Assembly (NCBI RefSeq): GCF_006345805.1
Contig: NW_021828133.1
Span: 1-8,933, forward strand
DNA: 8,933 bases
Direction of reading: 5' to 3'
Source of the DNA: Octopus sinensis
Lineage: Eukaryota
Shown: positions 6,716 through 8,933 of the stretch, piece after piece
How the letters are laid out: each line of letters opens with the position of its first letter
Position numbering within the stretch: the stretch's first letter is position 1
Position numbers and translations under genes: made by a program
Notes under the pieces: generated by a model
Told to the model about the DNA's origin: nothing
Databases searched by the model: none
What the model saw: the letters and a program-made list of their open reading frames with translations, nothing else

Positions 6716-7087
6716 CTTCAATAAATCAATGACTGCCATGCGTGCATGAAATAGTTCTATATAAATGGTTGGGTCACTTGTGAGGAACTGACCTCTGTGT
6801 TTCATATCAAATGGTAAGATTAATTTGACAGAATCCATAATTCTTCAGCTTTTACAGGTCAGAGACTACAAACCAAACTTAGGATGGGTGAAGTGGGGGA
6901 CGAAGGATCACCAAGAAATTGAACCCACATCACAGAGTTTTGCTCAACGTAATCACGTAATCTCAAATACCCAAGAGGAATGAAAGAAGACTAAAATAAA
7001 AATATATCATTCAAAGACATATGAGTAGAAGGGGGGGAGTCTTCTGGTTTAGCTCAGTGTATGCATTTAGGTTTACGCATGCGTGAC

Positions 7088-7124
7088 TGTATATGTTATA
7101 TATATGTGTGTGGTGTGTGTGTGT

Positions 7125-7170
<46 letters not shown>

Positions 7171-7470
7171 GTGTGTGTATATATAATGTATATATATATG
7201 TATATAAATATGTATATATATATATGTATATGGTATATATACATGTAAATATATATATAACATATATATACATATTATATATACATATATATACATATAT
7301 AAAGGTATATGTATATATATATGTAAATATATATGTATATATATGCATTATATACATATATATGTACATATATATATATACATATATATATATGTGTGTG
7401 TATATATATAATATAGATATATACTATATACATATATATATATATATTATACATACATATTATATATATA

Positions 7471-7510
<40 letters not shown>

Positions 7511-7531
7511 TATATAATTATAATATATATA
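7088..7531. repeat. Long degenerate (TA)n/(TG)n/(TATG) array
   Basis: Read directly. Confidence 0.97.
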
Positions 7532-7663
7532 CTCGCGTCAATCAATATTTACATGTACACCAATTAACCAATTAAGAAAATTCGATTAGTTACGTGAGTC
7601 GAATATATAAATATGCATTCACCCACACAAACACATTCATTGATACACTTCTCCACTTATCTG

Positions 7664-7665
<2 letters not shown>

Positions 7666-7715
<50 letters not shown>

Positions 7716-7870
7716 TTGTGTGTATGAGTGTGTTGTCTGTGTGCGTGTGTGTGTGAACATGTGCATATGTATGCATAAATAAATCCGTACATATGTCAAT
7801 AAAATCATGTCTATACGTATGCCTGTGTGCGTTTTTGTGCGTGTGTATGTGATTGTGTGTGTGTTTGTGT

Positions 7871-7903
<33 letters not shown>

Positions 7904-7905
7904 GT
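7666..7905. repeat. (TG)n arrays with degenerate intervening sequence
   Basis: Read directly. Confidence 0.92.
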
Positions 7906-7995
7906 GTATGCATGCAGGTATTCCTGTATGTTTATAGGTAGGTGGTGGCAAAAAAGGTGTGGGAGGGGGTTTGGTATGTGAGTTGTTAGTGTCTT

Positions 7996-8045
7996 AAGAT
8001 GGCGAATAATTGACGTGAGCCGCTGCCAACCGCGTAATGTCCAAA
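7996..8045. promoter_or_regulatory. Candidate regulatory node: YY1-like motif + half-CRE at the edge of a CpG-rich patch
   Basis: AAGATGGCG (7996-8004) and TGACGT (8011-8016); roughly 18 CpG across 7995-8210. Confidence 0.3.
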
Positions 8046-8064
8046 TATTGAGAAGGAAGTAGAA

Positions 8065-8192
8065 TGGTGGCGAGGACGGCGTGGTGGCGGCGGCGGTGGC
8101 GCCAGCGATGATGAGGAGGAGGAGGATTATGATGATAGTGATATGACGCTTGTGGCGATGGTGTTGTTGTTGGTGTTGGTGTTGGTGGTGGA
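8065..8192. repeat. G-rich trinucleotide mosaic (GGC, GAT, GAG, TGG/TGT)
   Basis: Read directly. Confidence 0.8.
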
Positions 8193-8271
8193 GACGAAGG
8201 CGTAAACGATGAATGGTGTGAGATTGTACTGCTTTCGCTGCAGTGTGAATAATGATGGTTTATTTTGGTTG

Positions 8272-8292
8272 CTACTACTACTACCACTATAT

Positions 8293-8333
<41 letters not shown>

Positions 8334-8370
8334 TGTAGTAGTAGTAGTAGTAGCAGTAGTAGCAGCAGCT
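8272..8370. repeat. (CTA)4 followed by (GTA)n/(GCA) array
   Basis: Read directly. Confidence 0.93.
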
Positions 8371-8431
8371 CAGGAAATTGAAAGCTCTTACATAGTAATA
8401 TTGTCAGAGACAGACAAATACCTACAGAGAA

Positions 8432-8481
<50 letters not shown>

Positions 8482-8543
8482 CATACATAATATTATATAT
8501 ATATATATATATCTGTACATATATATATATATACGTACATATG

Positions 8544-8576
<33 letters not shown>

Positions 8577-8595
8577 TTGTGTATATGTGTATATA
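8432..8595. repeat. (TA)n/(TATG)n compound microsatellite
   Basis: Read directly. Confidence 0.95.
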
Positions 8596-8699
8596 GAATC
8601 ACACACAGAGATTCTACATTATAAGGTATCTGGCACGTTGTGAGGTAAACATTACATCAATTTGGCCGAAGTGGTTATATAAACTCTTACATGCATGAA

Positions 8700-8933
8700 A
8701 GAAGACAATTCTATTTAGGAATTGAGCACATAAGATAGATATAACTATACATATACATGAGTCGCCATGATAGACCGCTAGCCACTACACACATTATTTT
8801 CTCTCTTTGTTTTTCTCCTTGTTTTTTCTGTGTCCCTTTCTGTAGAAGAGCGTAGGCTCGAAACGTAAAAGACTTTTTCTATTCCTGAGCGTTATATTAA
8901 TACATCTGTTTGTTTTGTACACCACCTGTCTTC
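8700..8933 (+). mobile_element. Probable Penelope-like element terminal repeat fragment; left boundary uncertain, cut by the window end
   Basis: Contains a minimal hammerhead fold of the kind associated with PLE termini. The GAAGAGCGTAGGCTCGAAACGTAAAAGACTTT...GAGCGT...CACCTGTCTTC string resembles a frequent Octopus repeat from recall. No RT or GIY-YIG ORF is visible. Confidence 0.5.
8832..8873 (+). ncRNA. Minimal type I hammerhead ribozyme motif with A6U core variant
   Basis: Helix I CTTT(8836-39)/AAAG(8868-71). Core CTGTAGA (8840-46; canonical CUGANGA) plus one extra A. Helix II GAGC/GCTC with a GTAG loop. GAAA at 8860-63. AC|GT helix III with no loop. GUA cleavage triplet at 8865-67. Confidence 0.65.

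Noticed and set aside
7560-7575. Tandem CCAATTAA x2 homeodomain-like sites
   Set aside because: A short AT-rich duplication next to a TA array, readily explained by slippage.
8038-8205. Open frame ...RGRRGGGGGGASDDEEEEDYDDSDMTLVAMVLLLVLVLVV resembling an acidic/Gly-rich membrane protein
   Set aside because: There is no upstream ATG or good acceptor, and each segment maps to a trinucleotide repeat.
254-8490. All ORFs in the supplied six-frame track
   Set aside because: They are translations of microsatellites (YIYI, HTHT, LSLS, poly-V/S/I) or of SINE bodies. Many use non-ATG starts, and none shows a recognisable domain.

Overview
AT-rich, microsatellite-dense eukaryotic non-coding DNA. No credible protein-coding gene, rRNA, true tRNA or CRISPR array was found. 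The ORFs in the supplied track are explained by simple repeats or SINE sequence. From memory, the repeat families resemble those of Octopus (coleoid cephalopod) genomes; this was not verified by a search. The window holds: (1) at least 6 copies or fragments of a tRNA-derived SINE (family 1, all on +), including a head-to-tail array at 1-662 and a dimeric copy with a 13-bp TSD at 3756-4161; (2) four pieces of a second SINE-like family (family 2); (3) two tandem (AAC)n-tailed retroposon ends (family 3); (4) two probable Penelope-like terminal fragments, one with a nearly intact minimal type I hammerhead ribozyme fold with a variant core (8832-8873, +) and one with a decayed fold (6575-6627, -); (5) three CpG-richer, YY1-motif-centred promoter-like nodes (~1.07, ~5.12 and ~8.0 kb) and a TGACA-rich enhancer-like block (~2.4-2.6 kb). 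The hammerhead folds are the most interesting signal. All regulatory calls rest on motifs alone and are tentative.
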